DNA of 61,474 bases from an uncultured virus (IMG/VR IMGVR_UViG_3300028595_000010) (IMGVR_UViG_3300028595_000010), one strand, 5' to 3'. Counted from the stretch's first letter, positions 28,055-38,507 are shown. Notes: generated by a model from the sequence alone, not told the origin. A program made the numbers and translations.

Positions 28055-28458
28055 TATAGTTGCCTCCGACTGGATGGGTCTATCCTCCTAAGGAAAATCG
28101 AAGTCAGTCCATCAGCCCCAGTCTCTAGCTGATAACTTTCACCGAGTTCCTTTTTTATTTTACTATCTATTAGTTTATCTAGAGTAGAATTTCCAGACTT
28201 TACTAAAGGTAGTATAATTTTCGTCAGTTGCATCTGCTTTCCCTTCACAATTAATGCAGATACATATTTTCTGTATTGTTGATAAGTTTCTTCAGCTACG
28301 TCTTCAGGAATTTCTGCTGATGTTTCCAATTCGCCTTGTAAACGGGAAAGTTCCATCTTAGCGTAGTCTGGTCTTGTTTTGGGGTCAGGATAGAGAGCCT
28401 TAATTGTTTCTATCCTGACCCTTTTTATGAAAATCTCTGGGTTCAAATCTAAACCCAT
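28054..28458 (-). CDS. hypothetical protein
   Basis: Coupled overlaps at both ends. Confidence 0.65.
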   Translation of the reverse strand: MGLDLNPEIFIKRVRIETIKALYPDPKTRPDYAKMELSRLQGELETSAEIPEDVAEETYQQYRKYVSALIVKGKQMQLTKIILPLVKSGNSTLDKLIDSKIKKELGESYQLETGADGLTSIFLRRIDPSSRRQL

Positions 28459-28682
28459 CAGTTTTCAGTACCGCACGCTGTGCAAGTCCATTTACCGCCA
28501 ATTTTCATTGTGAGGATGTGCCACACGATTGCGTAAACCAGTACAAAACTCCAAAGACCAGCAGTCACAATGGTCAGCACAATGTGCATGGCCCAGTTGA
28601 TCTTTTTGTCGTTTCTGCAATGCAGGGTTTGATGCCTACATTTGCTGCACATTCTCATGGATTCCTTTACGACTGTTGCCAT
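28458..28682 (-). CDS. membrane-anchored Zn-ribbon protein
   Basis: CSKC, hydrophobic hairpin, WTCTAC; AGGAG RBS. Confidence 0.7.
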   Translation of the reverse strand: MATVVKESMRMCSKCRHQTLHCRNDKKINWAMHIVLTIVTAGLWSFVLVYAIVWHILTMKIGGKWTCTACGTEN

Positions 28683-28780
28683 TTTTGGTCTCCTAGTTTA
28701 GTTAGATTCAACTTATTATATATTTAGTAGGACAATCCTTAACCAAACTTAAGAACAAAAACAAAAGGGAAGTTTATTAA

Positions 28781-30013
28781 ATGCGTCCTGATCAAAGTAG
28801 AAGTGTAGATTACTCAAAAGAGTACAGCAGCAAAGCAAATAATCGTATAACACGAATGCTGACTGCTGGTGCTAATGGTATTGCTAGAGATCAAGATCTA
28901 TATCCTACGTTTGAAACAGAATCATCCATAAGGATATCTAATGGGGTTGCAATCAAAGATGATGAATTGATTCATATAGGCGCCAAAAGGACAGGAGATA
29001 ATTGGAATGATTTTTCGGTCAACGACATTATCATAGATTTGTCTGACGCCAATAACTACATACAAAGTAGTACCAATCCAACAGAAGATGTTTTTGAAAT
29101 GCCTGGATATTGGCCTGTAGATTCAACATCTGCTAGAGCCTATGTGATTCTATCCTTTACTTATGTTAAACCAGAAGATCAATTATACGCATCTAGAGGC
29201 GAGAAATCTTTTGAGGAAGATGGATACGTTAGAGGTCAGCTATCTGAAGAGCAGGATATAATTGAAGAATCTTATACTGAAGGACAATCTCCAAGATATA
29301 CATTTCAAAAATCTGATTATCATTCAACATTCGCAGAGAATAAAACTTTCTGGCCAGGAAAAAACATTCCTGCTATTCAGCCAGGAAGTATAACTGTATT
29401 ACATCGAGATCCGAAAGAAGTGGTACCAGATTGGATTACATATCATGTATCTACTCCAGGGATAGTATCATCGATTAAGATATTAAAGAATCCTGACGAT
29501 TTTGATCCATTAACTCATTTATTTTTAGGGATGATATTTTTCAAGGAACCCAAAAAGATAGTCAATCCTGTAATGGTCTTTGACTATCTATTAGGAAGTG
29601 ATCCATTAGATACCAATTATTATGTAACTCGTCCTATCCTCAATTTTGTTCAAAAGTATACTGATGAAAAAGCTAAAACTGCAGATGCTCAAAACTTCAT
29701 AACTAGACATGAAGCGGATGGATCTAATTTAAACAAACTAGTAGTATCTGGAACTATAGTTGATTCTCCTCCAGGAAAAATTACATTTTTCGAACTGGAA
29801 GGATTCGGTAGTTATATCAATACAGAAGATGCAATTTGGAATGGAACTCCAATAGTTGTTACACATAACTTTGATCAATATGTTCAGATACAAGTTATAG
29901 ATGCAACATCTAAAGAGCCTATTCAAGCAGAGATAATACAAACATTAAATTCCTTCACTGTTGCCCTAGATAGCAACGAAACAACTCCTCTTCCTATTAC
30001 TATCAGATATTAA
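28781..30013 (+). CDS. putative virion structural protein
   Basis: 410 aa, acidic and beta-rich; C-term VVTHNFDQYVQIQVID; GAACAAA upstream; function inferred. Confidence 0.55.
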   Translation: MRPDQSRSVDYSKEYSSKANNRITRMLTAGANGIARDQDLYPTFETESSIRISNGVAIKDDELIHIGAKRTGDNWNDFSVNDIIIDLSDANNYIQSSTNPTEDVFEMPGYWPVDSTSARAYVILSFTYVKPEDQLYASRGEKSFEEDGYVRGQLSEEQDIIEESYTEGQSPRYTFQKSDYHSTFAENKTFWPGKNIPAIQPGSITVLHRDPKEVVPDWITYHVSTPGIVSSIKILKNPDDFDPLTHLFLGMIFFKEPKKIVNPVMVFDYLLGSDPLDTNYYVTRPILNFVQKYTDEKAKTADAQNFITRHEADGSNLNKLVVSGTIVDSPPGKITFFELEGFGSYINTEDAIWNGTPIVVTHNFDQYVQIQVIDATSKEPIQAEIIQTLNSFTVALDSNETTPLPITIRY

Positions 30014-30894
30014 AATGGCGCTATTTTGGTATCAATATAATTACCTAATCCTGTAAGAAAGCTAGTGAATGCAAAAGCTGCTTCATCGTAACCATTTTCA
30101 ATAAGGAATATTTGGATTTCTCTAGTGATTAATTGAAATGCTCCAAACAATCCTGCCCCTGCAAATGCTCTTCCTGAGCTAGTTATAGTGCTTGAGATAA
30201 AGAATCCATAAATTGTTTTAATTAGTGTTTCAATTACTGTAATTAATCTAGAAGTTCCCTTTCTTCCAAATTTAATAATTATTTGGTGAGTCATAGTAGG
30301 CAGTACAGCAAGCATTACTTTTACTACTATTTTGTATGCATCGCTTTTGCTAAACTTGGTCATACCAACTAACAATACAAGCGCTTGAATGAAAACTGCA
30401 TATACTACAATTCTCACGTAAATAATTTTCATTCTGTGTTTGTTTCTCTCTTCTGCATCTTCTCCGCCTATTGATTTGGCATCAGGAAGCAAGTTATCAA
30501 AGTTATTTTCTAATATTCTTTGAATAGCTTTAGGAGATGGTTTGTTAGAATCAAGGAGTCTTGATATTTGTTTAGATGCATTTTTTGAAGCTGATATGAG
30601 TTTTTTGGCAGGATATCCTAATTTCTTTAGAACTTTTATAGCTTTGGATAATGACTTTTCAACTATCTTTTGTGCTTTGTCGTCTGTTACATTGACTGAT
30701 TCGCCTAATGCTTGGCCTACAGATGTATCAGATTCTCCTGAGCTTCTGTATACTGGATGTGTTCCTGTGTCCCAATCTTCTTCTGGTTCAGGCTGGACAT
30801 TACTGGTGGTATATCTGGGAAGGAGTTTATCATATTTATTAAACTCAACAGGAGCATTGTCATCCATGCGGCGACGAACAATCTTCACATTCAT
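30010..30894 (-). CDS. hypothetical membrane protein
   Basis: Several hydrophobic helices in the C-terminal half. Confidence 0.6.
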   Translation of the reverse strand: MNVKIVRRRMDDNAPVEFNKYDKLLPRYTTSNVQPEPEEDWDTGTHPVYRSSGESDTSVGQALGESVNVTDDKAQKIVEKSLSKAIKVLKKLGYPAKKLISASKNASKQISRLLDSNKPSPKAIQRILENNFDNLLPDAKSIGGEDAEERNKHRMKIIYVRIVVYAVFIQALVLLVGMTKFSKSDAYKIVVKVMLAVLPTMTHQIIIKFGRKGTSRLITVIETLIKTIYGFFISSTITSSGRAFAGAGLFGAFQLITREIQIFLIENGYDEAAFAFTSFLTGLGNYIDTKIAPF

Positions 30895-30919
30895 ATCTTG
30901 AAGATCTTCACATAGAAAT

Positions 30920-31345
30920 TCATTTTGTTTTTACCATCATCCAAACATCATTTCTACGAGTTCCTGACTTTTTGAAAAGAATATATTTACCTCTTAGCCT
31001 CTTTCCTTTAAAGTCAAGTTTGAAATATTTAGGAGAAGATACGAGAACTTTGGCTTCTCCTTCCTCTAACTTCTTAATGCGATAAGTTTCTGTATTCAGC
31101 CAATGCTCTGGATGAGGACGAGTTCTATAAATTGCCATTTTATCTGGCACTTTTTTATGCAAATCGTACTGAGTCGGAATAGCAAAACTTATTAATTCGT
31201 TCTTTTTATATGGGTCAAGTATTCTTAAATCGTAATGAGCTCCCGTATTGCGTGGATCATTATGAAAATGCAAGACCCAAGGGACTTGATGAAGAACTTC
31301 TGCCTTCTCTGTCAATAACTGAGATAGGATACTATATTTGTCCAT
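30920..31345 (-). CDS. stand-alone LigD-type 3'-phosphoesterase (PE) domain
   Basis: H...HYDLRI...SFAIP...H...FKGKRLRGKYIL...W. Confidence 0.75.
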   Translation of the reverse strand: MDKYSILSQLLTEKAEVLHQVPWVLHFHNDPRNTGAHYDLRILDPYKKNELISFAIPTQYDLHKKVPDKMAIYRTRPHPEHWLNTETYRIKKLEEGEAKVLVSSPKYFKLDFKGKRLRGKYILFKKSGTRRNDVWMMVKTK

Positions 31346-31671
31346 AAATCTCTTTTTAAAATTTGTTCTAGAATAAAAAAGTACCCTTTGGGTACAACCC
31401 CGACCAATCGGCCGGGAGGGAACTAAACAAACTCTTTTCTGGCCTCAATCAAAATCCTCCCTGTGCAGGAGCTCCCTAATATACGCGTGTATCCATTCAT
31501 TGCGCATTATGTCCGATCCCTGTCTCACCATCAAATGATACTCCTTCTTGTTTAGTGGTGATTACATAGGCGAATACTGAATGCCATTTATCTCTCTCTA
31601 AGCGGCAAACAGTGTGTTTCATTATGTCCCTCCGGTTCGTGTTGCTGTAAAGTTTTTATCAGATTTATAAT

Positions 31672-31878
31672 TTATCCAAACCGTGGATCATTTCGGTCTG
31701 GAGGATAGGGCGTCCAAGCCTCTGGTGTTTCGTTAAGTTCCCAAGAATTTGTTTCTGGAAAAAACGATCGCACTATCCATGTTTTCTTTTCTTCTTTACC
31801 TAAGAACGTAGTGAATCTACAAATGTAGTTACCACGTCTCGTAGGAAGTTTTTCCGATGTGAGATATATTTTTTGCAT
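31672..31878 (-). CDS. hypothetical protein
   Basis: AAGGA RBS; downstream of the motif at 31904. Confidence 0.6.
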   Translation of the reverse strand: MQKIYLTSEKLPTRRGNYICRFTTFLGKEEKKTWIVRSFFPETNSWELNETPEAWTPYPPDRNDPRFG

Positions 31879-32144
31879 TATAATCCTTTCTTCTTCAATT
31901 ATTTATATATTTAGATTTACTTAGATTTTTTAAGTAAAAAAAGAGCTCAAGAGACAATCCCTCTACTTTAGGGATTTTGCCTTGGCTCTAGATAGAAACT
32001 CCTTGAAATTACAAACCTAGATTCCTCTATCCAAAAAAATATATATTTAGTATCTAATTCCTATATAAAGCAGGGATTTCTATTAAGAAACCCCTGCTCA
32101 GCTATGCTCTCATACGAGAGGATCCCTTACTAGGGCAGTAGCGT

Positions 32145-33176
32145 TTAACTCAATTCAAATGAGATGAAGTTATAGTCTCCATGCTTGGGATGCACAAGCC
32201 ATGCAACTTGAGATGGTGGAGAATATCTTCCACATCCATGATCAAACTCAGTCGTGCCTGATAATGATCCATTCATAATGTAGCTGGGTCCATACATAGG
32301 CGTGTGAAAATGTCCAATTACGATTTTATGGAACTTCTTACTCTCGATATTCATTCGATACTTCGCCTCTCTCGAGACTTCTCTTTCGGCTGCGTAGTAT
32401 GGAATTCCCATCCATGATTTTAAACCATGGCCATGAGCACATAAGTACTTATATCCTCTAACTTCAATTAGAGCCTTAATAACAGTATGCAAATTAAATT
32501 CTACATTCTCATGCAAATCCAGTTGTTGCTGAGCTATCCACCCAACTAAATAGTTGTAAGAGTTCAGCCCTGCCTGTTTGAATTGATACTTTTTAGATCT
32601 CCTTGAGTGGTTATCAGCAGCAATAAATTCAACACGAACTGTTTTGAATACTCTTGCTATCTCTCCCACACAGTCAGCTAATAAATTAGCAGATTCTACA
32701 ATTTGTACAGGAACAGGCCATTCATTAGTTACTCTTAGTTCCTCGTGTATATCTCCGGAAATCATATCTCCTGCACAAATGATTACTACTTCATCTATAG
32801 ATCCTTGTGCAATTGACCATTTGCAAAATTTATTAACTAGCTTTTTAACTCTATCCCTTGCAATCTTGAGATTATAACTATTGAGTCCCTCAATTTCGTC
32901 AGCCTCAATTACTTCCCCAATATGCCAGTCTGATAATAATAAAGCTGTTGATGTTTTGATGTCCGATTTATTTACAACGTCAACATCTATTTTGTGTTTA
33001 GGAGGAAATGCTTGAACTATTTGTTTCAAATCAAGAAGCAATGATTGATCTGCTCCAATCTGTAACTTCAATTCTTGATTTTTACTTTTCAGTTTTTTAA
33101 TGTCATTTTCTAGCTTTTTGACAATCGGAGGAGGATCTATCCCATCTTTGATGTCTTTTGGTGATAGTTTACTCAT
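32145..33176 (-). CDS. calcineurin-like metallophosphoesterase with N-terminal coiled coil
   Basis: SDWH, GDMISGDIH, DNH, HGH, GHFH, NGS motifs. Confidence 0.85.
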   Translation of the reverse strand: MSKLSPKDIKDGIDPPPIVKKLENDIKKLKSKNQELKLQIGADQSLLLDLKQIVQAFPPKHKIDVDVVNKSDIKTSTALLLSDWHIGEVIEADEIEGLNSYNLKIARDRVKKLVNKFCKWSIAQGSIDEVVIICAGDMISGDIHEELRVTNEWPVPVQIVESANLLADCVGEIARVFKTVRVEFIAADNHSRRSKKYQFKQAGLNSYNYLVGWIAQQQLDLHENVEFNLHTVIKALIEVRGYKYLCAHGHGLKSWMGIPYYAAEREVSREAKYRMNIESKKFHKIVIGHFHTPMYGPSYIMNGSLSGTTEFDHGCGRYSPPSQVAWLVHPKHGDYNFISFELS

Positions 33177-33553
33177 ATAACTCTTTCCTCTATAAATTGT
33201 TTCATATCTTCTACTACTGCTTTGTTGCCTATGTATACACCTTTAGTTTTACCTTTGGATACAACAACTCTATAACCATCCAAGCAGTAATTGCTTCTTA
33301 AACGTCTCCATTTATCCTTATTGATATTTAAATTTTTAAGGACAGTTATTTCGTCAATCAAATCTCCATTCAATCCATTAACAATATCCCAAAAATTACA
33401 CAACGTATAAACTTCAGGAATTCTGTTAATCAATTTGTATGCATAGCTTTTTGAAATGTCAAACTTAGAAGAGCAGCGATCTGCAACATCATTTCGACTA
33501 GTTAAGGATTTAGTATTTTCTTTTAACCAATTAACAATGTTTTCTTCCAGCAT
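33173..33553 (-). CDS. hypothetical, possible HTH protein
   Basis: RNDVADRCSSKFDISKSYAYKLI. Confidence 0.6.
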   Translation of the reverse strand: MLEENIVNWLKENTKSLTSRNDVADRCSSKFDISKSYAYKLINRIPEVYTLCNFWDIVNGLNGDLIDEITVLKNLNINKDKWRRLRSNYCLDGYRVVVSKGKTKGVYIGNKAVVEDMKQFIEERVI

Positions 33554-33739
33554 AATATTAGCAATCCTTTAACTTGAAATGATAATCAACTGCCCCTTTT
33601 CACCCATTTCAATTTATTATTTGTTCACAAAATTGGATAAAAAAAGGGATTTGGGATCCCTTTTTAAGGTTTCTAATTATTTATTAAGTTTTTTGATTGA
33701 TAAAGTGTCTTAACATATATGTTAAGTTATTCACACCCT

Positions 33740-34307
33740 TTATTCAGCGTGTTCCATTATTTCTACCCTTGCTGCTATTTCCATAATTTGATGGAATAAC
33801 TCATCCTCTTTTGTGAGTGATAGTTTACCTCTCAGTACTTCGTTAAGAGCTACTGATTCACTGACGTATTGTTTCATCCAGTTAGTATTGGTGCTTCTCT
33901 CCATTTCTCGGAGATTATCTATCCTATCACACGCTTTGATTGTGCATACTTTCCAATCAGATTTTTTGAGTCTGTTACGTTCATATTCGAGACGCTCAGC
34001 TCTAGGCGGTTTGTCCTTTCCCCAATCTTTTTTGGTCAAACCATCAACTAATTTGGCAACTTTGCTTCCAAAAATTGATTTGATATCAAGCAATGTTAGC
34101 TTAGTATCCTCTACTGTATCATGTAGTACTGCAGCCATTGCCATAATAGATTTGTCTGGTTCTTTGATTGGCTCTTGTAATATTTGAGCCATTACTCTTA
34201 AGGGGTGGTAGATATAGTCTTCTTTAGTTTCCTTTATGAGCTTCCATCGCTACTGCTATTGCATTTTGAAGGCTATTCTTTTTCGTCTTCTTTGTCTTCC
34301 AACACAT
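33740..34307 (-). pseudogene. HD-domain (RelA/SpoT hydrolase, Mesh1-like) gene with an N-terminal frameshift
   Basis: AAVLHDTVEDT, FG..VA.LV.GLT, KACDRIDNLR in 33740..34192; YIYHPLRV in frame upstream; AIAVAMEAHKG in another frame, break near 34225-34232. Confidence 0.65.
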
Positions 34308-34560
34308 CTATATCAAGTGTCCTTTGTTTGGTTACAAATACTTTAAAGAATTGTATGTCTTTCTCTTTGAGAGATCTATTAACGTTTTTGGCTATTTTGA
34401 ATAAATTTATTTTATTTTTTCGTGGATCATTGTTAATTGCATCCACGAATGAATCGGCTATATCAAGACAAACATCTTGTAAGGCATAGCCTAATTTTTC
34501 TATAGAATTCATACATTTTTTCCTTTTTAAGGGGGAGAAAGATGTTACTCTAACCCCCAC
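34273..34560 (-). CDS. hypothetical protein
   Basis: Start probably MNSIEK (AAGGA RBS). Confidence 0.55.
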   Translation of the reverse strand: MGVRVTSFSPLKRKKCMNSIEKLGYALQDVCLDIADSFVDAINNDPRKNKINLFKIAKNVNRSLKEKDIQFFKVFVTKQRTLDIDVLEDKEDEKE

Positions 34561-34565
34561 TATAA

Positions 34566-35048
34566 TTAATGATGAGAAATCTTTATTGTATCAGGAAAAA
34601 CCCGAGATATATCTGAGCCATGCTCTAAATAAGCTCCAATTTCATCGTGATCTTCAATTTCAACAATAAAGAATTTCATCGCAATTGGTTGACTTTCAAT
34701 TATGTCACAAGTTTTGGCAATGCCTATGAGATTTGCGTCTTCTATTGCTTTTGTCCATTTTTTACGACGAACCTCAATGGGCATATGTTCACCAATATCG
34801 GGATATACATAAAAATCTCGGCTGATAAGTTGAACTAACTCATCTAGGTTTTTATTTGAATTATTAAAAGTATCAACAATATACTTACATATGTTGAAGA
34901 CAGAAATACATCCATTATATGTGCGAATAACTTCAGTATCTGGCCAAAATAAATCTTTGACCTCTTCAACAGTTTGAGGTAGCTTTTTAGCCCAAATAAT
35001 AAAGCTTGAGCTAGAGCTATTGCTAACAAAGCCATTACGAACTTTCAT
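34566..35048 (-). CDS. 'RxGFVSNSSSSSF' family phage protein
   Basis: MKVRNGFVSNSSSSSFII. Confidence 0.75.
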   Translation of the reverse strand: MKVRNGFVSNSSSSSFIIWAKKLPQTVEEVKDLFWPDTEVIRTYNGCISVFNICKYIVDTFNNSNKNLDELVQLISRDFYVYPDIGEHMPIEVRRKKWTKAIEDANLIGIAKTCDIIESQPIAMKFFIVEIEDHDEIGAYLEHGSDISRVFPDTIKISHH

Positions 35049-35439
35049 TTGACATAAGTCCTTCCGATTCAAGTTGACTTATTATCATATTTCCTTTGAT
35101 TCTTATAATTTCTTGTTCAAGATCATTGGAAATGTATTGCAACATTTCAGTATATTCTTTTTGGTTGTGTGATTTGTCCTGAGCAAAGATTTTTATTAAG
35201 TAAGTAACAAAATTGATAAATTGACTGTGATATGTCAAAAGTCGATTTTTCATTATTTGCTTTGCTAAATCGTTTGGTCCTTCGAACTGAAAGATTATCT
35301 TTCTAGATAAGGCTTCTTCAATTGCATCTTTTAATTGCTTATCGTCCATCCGAATATTTTGCATATTATAGTCTTCTCCAGAATATTGAGCGCTTGGGAC
35401 ATTACTTATCAGATTGTGATTGTCATAGTCATTTGTCAT
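35035..35439 (-). CDS. hypothetical protein
   Basis: Overlaps both neighbours by a few codons. Confidence 0.6.
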   Translation of the reverse strand: MTNDYDNHNLISNVPSAQYSGEDYNMQNIRMDDKQLKDAIEEALSRKIIFQFEGPNDLAKQIMKNRLLTYHSQFINFVTYLIKIFAQDKSHNQKEYTEMLQYISNDLEQEIIRIKGNMIISQLESEGLMSNESS

Positions 35440-36517
35440 TTTTGCACGGAGTTATATCAAATACAGGACATGCTCTGCATATACTCTGCATTTTACATTT
35501 GCAGTTTGCAGTTGAGTGAATAAGATTTTTTCTCCACTCAGCAACACGAGGATGCATCCAGATATCTTTGAGAAAATTGTTACAATCAAAGACATCTAAG
35601 CCTTCAGTCCAACCTTTCTCTCCTTCAATAAATGAACATGGAAAGAATTCTCCATGACAACTTATATAGGATGAGAACAATGCTGATTCGCAAGGTTCGC
35701 CGCACATAGAAATCTTTTCTAATTGATCACTATCGATTGTTTGATACCAGCTGGGACAACTACATGAGTCGAACCCATATCCAACATCAGCAGCTACACA
35801 ATGATCAATAAGTTTTTTGTATTTTTCTACAGTTTTTACAACTGAGAATGCAGCTGGATTTCTTCCCTTGGGTTTATATTGTAAGAACACTAAAGCTCTA
35901 AATCCTTGAACGTGTTTCAACTCTTCAATCAGCAAATGAGCACGGTCGTAGGTTTCTTCACTCAACATGTAATGAATATTAACTTGGGGACAACCTGCGT
36001 CTATAAACCGTTTAACAGCGTCTATTGTACGGTTTTTATTAACCAAACTGACTGCAACAGCTCCACATAATTCGGCTGTTTTCTTTGCAACTTTATCAGT
36101 TACCTGAAATCCATTACATGTGTAATTTGGAATGACGCCTTGATTCCTAGAATATTTTAACATTTTCCAGAAGTCTTTGTTAGACTCAATATCACAGATA
36201 CCAAATGCAATCTGTGTAAGAGTCTTAGGCATCTTAGATAAAATAGTTTTAAATTCATCAAGAGACATGTGATGATCTTTTGCATCTTTTCCATTACTCT
36301 TGTAACAATATGGACAATTGCCCATACATATCCCTTCTGAAATTTCTAAGTCCAGTATCTCTGGCCCAAATGGAGACCAAACTGGATCGTCTTCTGAAGA
36401 CATAGTCTTACCCCACCTTATATGGACGCCATTCTTTTTATTGAAGTGATAGTTATATTGTGGAGAACTTAAAATCTTTACTTCATCGTTCTCTTCAACA
36501 TGTGCTATATCGATCAC
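35429..36517 (-). CDS. radical SAM protein with SPASM/twitch-like C-terminus
   Basis: CMGNCPYC (CxxxCxxC); C-term CES...G.FFPCSF...CKC...CRACP. Confidence 0.85.
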   Translation of the reverse strand: MIDIAHVEENDEVKILSSPQYNYHFNKKNGVHIRWGKTMSSEDDPVWSPFGPEILDLEISEGICMGNCPYCYKSNGKDAKDHHMSLDEFKTILSKMPKTLTQIAFGICDIESNKDFWKMLKYSRNQGVIPNYTCNGFQVTDKVAKKTAELCGAVAVSLVNKNRTIDAVKRFIDAGCPQVNIHYMLSEETYDRAHLLIEELKHVQGFRALVFLQYKPKGRNPAAFSVVKTVEKYKKLIDHCVAADVGYGFDSCSCPSWYQTIDSDQLEKISMCGEPCESALFSSYISCHGEFFPCSFIEGEKGWTEGLDVFDCNNFLKDIWMHPRVAEWRKNLIHSTANCKCKMQSICRACPVFDITPCKNDK

Positions 36518-36519
36518 AA

Positions 36520-37023
36520 TTAAATTCCTTCGTTTTGAAGCTGATTAATGATAACCTCTTGCATGATTATTAATTGCTTCTCTTGGAGTGCATCGGATAT
36601 ATCTCCAAGGAGACTGACTTCTCCTTTTAGTCCTCTTCCATTCTTCTTGCATATTTTGTTTATGAGCTCGAGAATGAAATACATTGCCTCGCCAGGCTTC
36701 ATTTTATCCACAGCTATCTGCACAAAGTGTTCCATATCAAATTCCATTTCGTCATTAATAGGAATAAGAATAGGAGATGTTATATGCTTTCTGTAATAGA
36801 TAGCAAGTTCTTCATCTTCAGATTCAAAAATTTCAACTTTGCCGGCTTTGTCCATAGGCTCATAACCTAGATTCTGTTGAGATATTGTATCTGTATGTTT
36901 ATTAAGATAATTTCCCAATAGATATTGATTTGATAGATTATACATCTCCTTCAATCTCAATTGAATAGAAGCAGAAAGAGACCAATCCTTTATTTCATCA
37001 CTTAACCGAACTTTTTCCGCCAT
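36520..37023 (-). CDS. hypothetical protein
   Basis: ORF in operon. Confidence 0.65.
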   Translation of the reverse strand: MAEKVRLSDEIKDWSLSASIQLRLKEMYNLSNQYLLGNYLNKHTDTISQQNLGYEPMDKAGKVEIFESEDEELAIYYRKHITSPILIPINDEMEFDMEHFVQIAVDKMKPGEAMYFILELINKICKKNGRGLKGEVSLLGDISDALQEKQLIIMQEVIINQLQNEGI

Positions 37024-37077
37024 CTGTAACCTTCCAATTTGTAAGGTTCATAAAATTAACTCCTTTAATTGTAAATA

Positions 37078-37347
37078 CTACTGTTTACTTGATCTCCTTG
37101 AAGCCATTCTAGCATTTTTGATCGCTTCTTGTTCTTTTCTTTCTACTTCATCTGCGAGCTTAATTCTTTCAGCTCCACGCTGGTAGTCATTTTTTCTTTT
37201 GTTTCTTATCTCGCCGTATTTCTTAACTTCGTTTCGATTTTTTCTCTCTACAAAATAGCTTATAAAGGGGACAATGAGTGCTACCCCAATAAGCCCAACG
37301 GCTATTACAATTCCGAGTACAATATCAACATCAATTTTGTCTATCAT
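37078..37347 (-). CDS. single-TM protein
   Basis: N-term hydrophobic helix; AGGAG RBS. Confidence 0.7.
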   Translation of the reverse strand: MIDKIDVDIVLGIVIAVGLIGVALIVPFISYFVERKNRNEVKKYGEIRNKRKNDYQRGAERIKLADEVERKEQEAIKNARMASRRSSKQ

Positions 37348-37374
37348 TTCTAACTCCTAAAAATAGAAGGAGGG

Positions 37375-37737
37375 CTAATCTAAAGTAAGTAAATATTTAA
37401 GTTTATGCAATAATGCAACCATCTCGTCTCTGATTGCCAATAGATCAACATCCTTATCAGACGCCAGCTGTGGAATATCATTGACTAAGAAAGATATGTA
37501 CCCATTGATGAACTGACCAAGATTCAATTCGTCAATGTTTTTGACCACGATATCTCCGACGAGCTTAACCCTCTCACCTTTCTTTCCCATGTATGCTTCT
37601 ACAAATCTGTCAACTAGATCTTCTAACTCTTCATTGACTTCATCGAAGGCAATATGCCTTCCATATTTTTTTGTTTGCCAGTGCAGCAGATATAATTGGC
37701 TATATGCTTCGAAAAATCTTCTAATAAATTCGTCCAT
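37375..37737 (-). CDS. ferritin/Dps-like (DUF5856-type) protein
   Basis: LHWQT..YGRH.AFDE...DRFVEAYMGK...RDEM...KLKYLLTL. Confidence 0.75.
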   Translation of the reverse strand: MDEFIRRFFEAYSQLYLLHWQTKKYGRHIAFDEVNEELEDLVDRFVEAYMGKKGERVKLVGDIVVKNIDELNLGQFINGYISFLVNDIPQLASDKDVDLLAIRDEMVALLHKLKYLLTLD

Positions 37738-37835
37738 GAGGTAACTCCCTTTTACTTTTGTTCTACATCTTGCTCAGATAATTCCTAGAACAAATGATTG
37801 TAAATAAATGAACGTCGCCAGGGAAAAACATTAGT

Positions 37836-38507
37836 ATGTTAACAAACGTGTATATAAATCTGTTTCTTAATACTGTAGCAGAAATTGATCCAATTTTTGG
37901 GGCAAATATGTGGAAAATTTTATTGAATCTGTTGCTTATTGTTGTGGCATGTATTTTGTTTATTGTCGGAACTTACCTTAAAGAGAAAGTTGTATCTATC
38001 TGGAAAAGAAAGAAACTAACTCCTAAGAAATTAAGAAGTGATGTCGTAAGAGATAACAAGATTTATTCTATCTTAGGACAGATGGAAGAAAAGTTCCATT
38101 GTGATAGAGCATTTGTTTTCCTTTTACATAATGGCGGAGCATTTGGCAACGGTATTGATATGAAAAAGATGAGTTGTGTTTATGAAGTAACCAGATTAGG
38201 AATTGAGCCAACTATCCAAAAATGTCAATCTCTTCTATTAACAGGAATGCCTGCTGCTGTTCAGACTATTATTGAATCGAACGAAAAGCCTTTCCATGTT
38301 AAAGTAAAAGATATAAAACAATCCCATTTTAAACAAATGCTTGTCAGGCACGGAGTGGAACTTTTTGTAATCCGAGCATTACATCAAGGTGATAGAATTA
38401 TAGGATTTATAGGAGTTGATTATTGTTGGGAGTACGACCAGAACATTCAAGATATCTCATTGAATGAATACGCCCTTCAATGTGAAAGTCTCCTATCTGG
38501 AAATTAG
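37836..38507 (+). CDS. single TM plus GAF-like domain, possible T4-type holin
   Basis: One TM helix then DRAFVFLLHNGG...IGFIGVDY; GAACAAA upstream. Confidence 0.55.
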   Translation: MLTNVYINLFLNTVAEIDPIFGANMWKILLNLLLIVVACILFIVGTYLKEKVVSIWKRKKLTPKKLRSDVVRDNKIYSILGQMEEKFHCDRAFVFLLHNGGAFGNGIDMKKMSCVYEVTRLGIEPTIQKCQSLLLTGMPAAVQTIIESNEKPFHVKVKDIKQSHFKQMLVRHGVELFVIRALHQGDRIIGFIGVDYCWEYDQNIQDISLNEYALQCESLLSGN

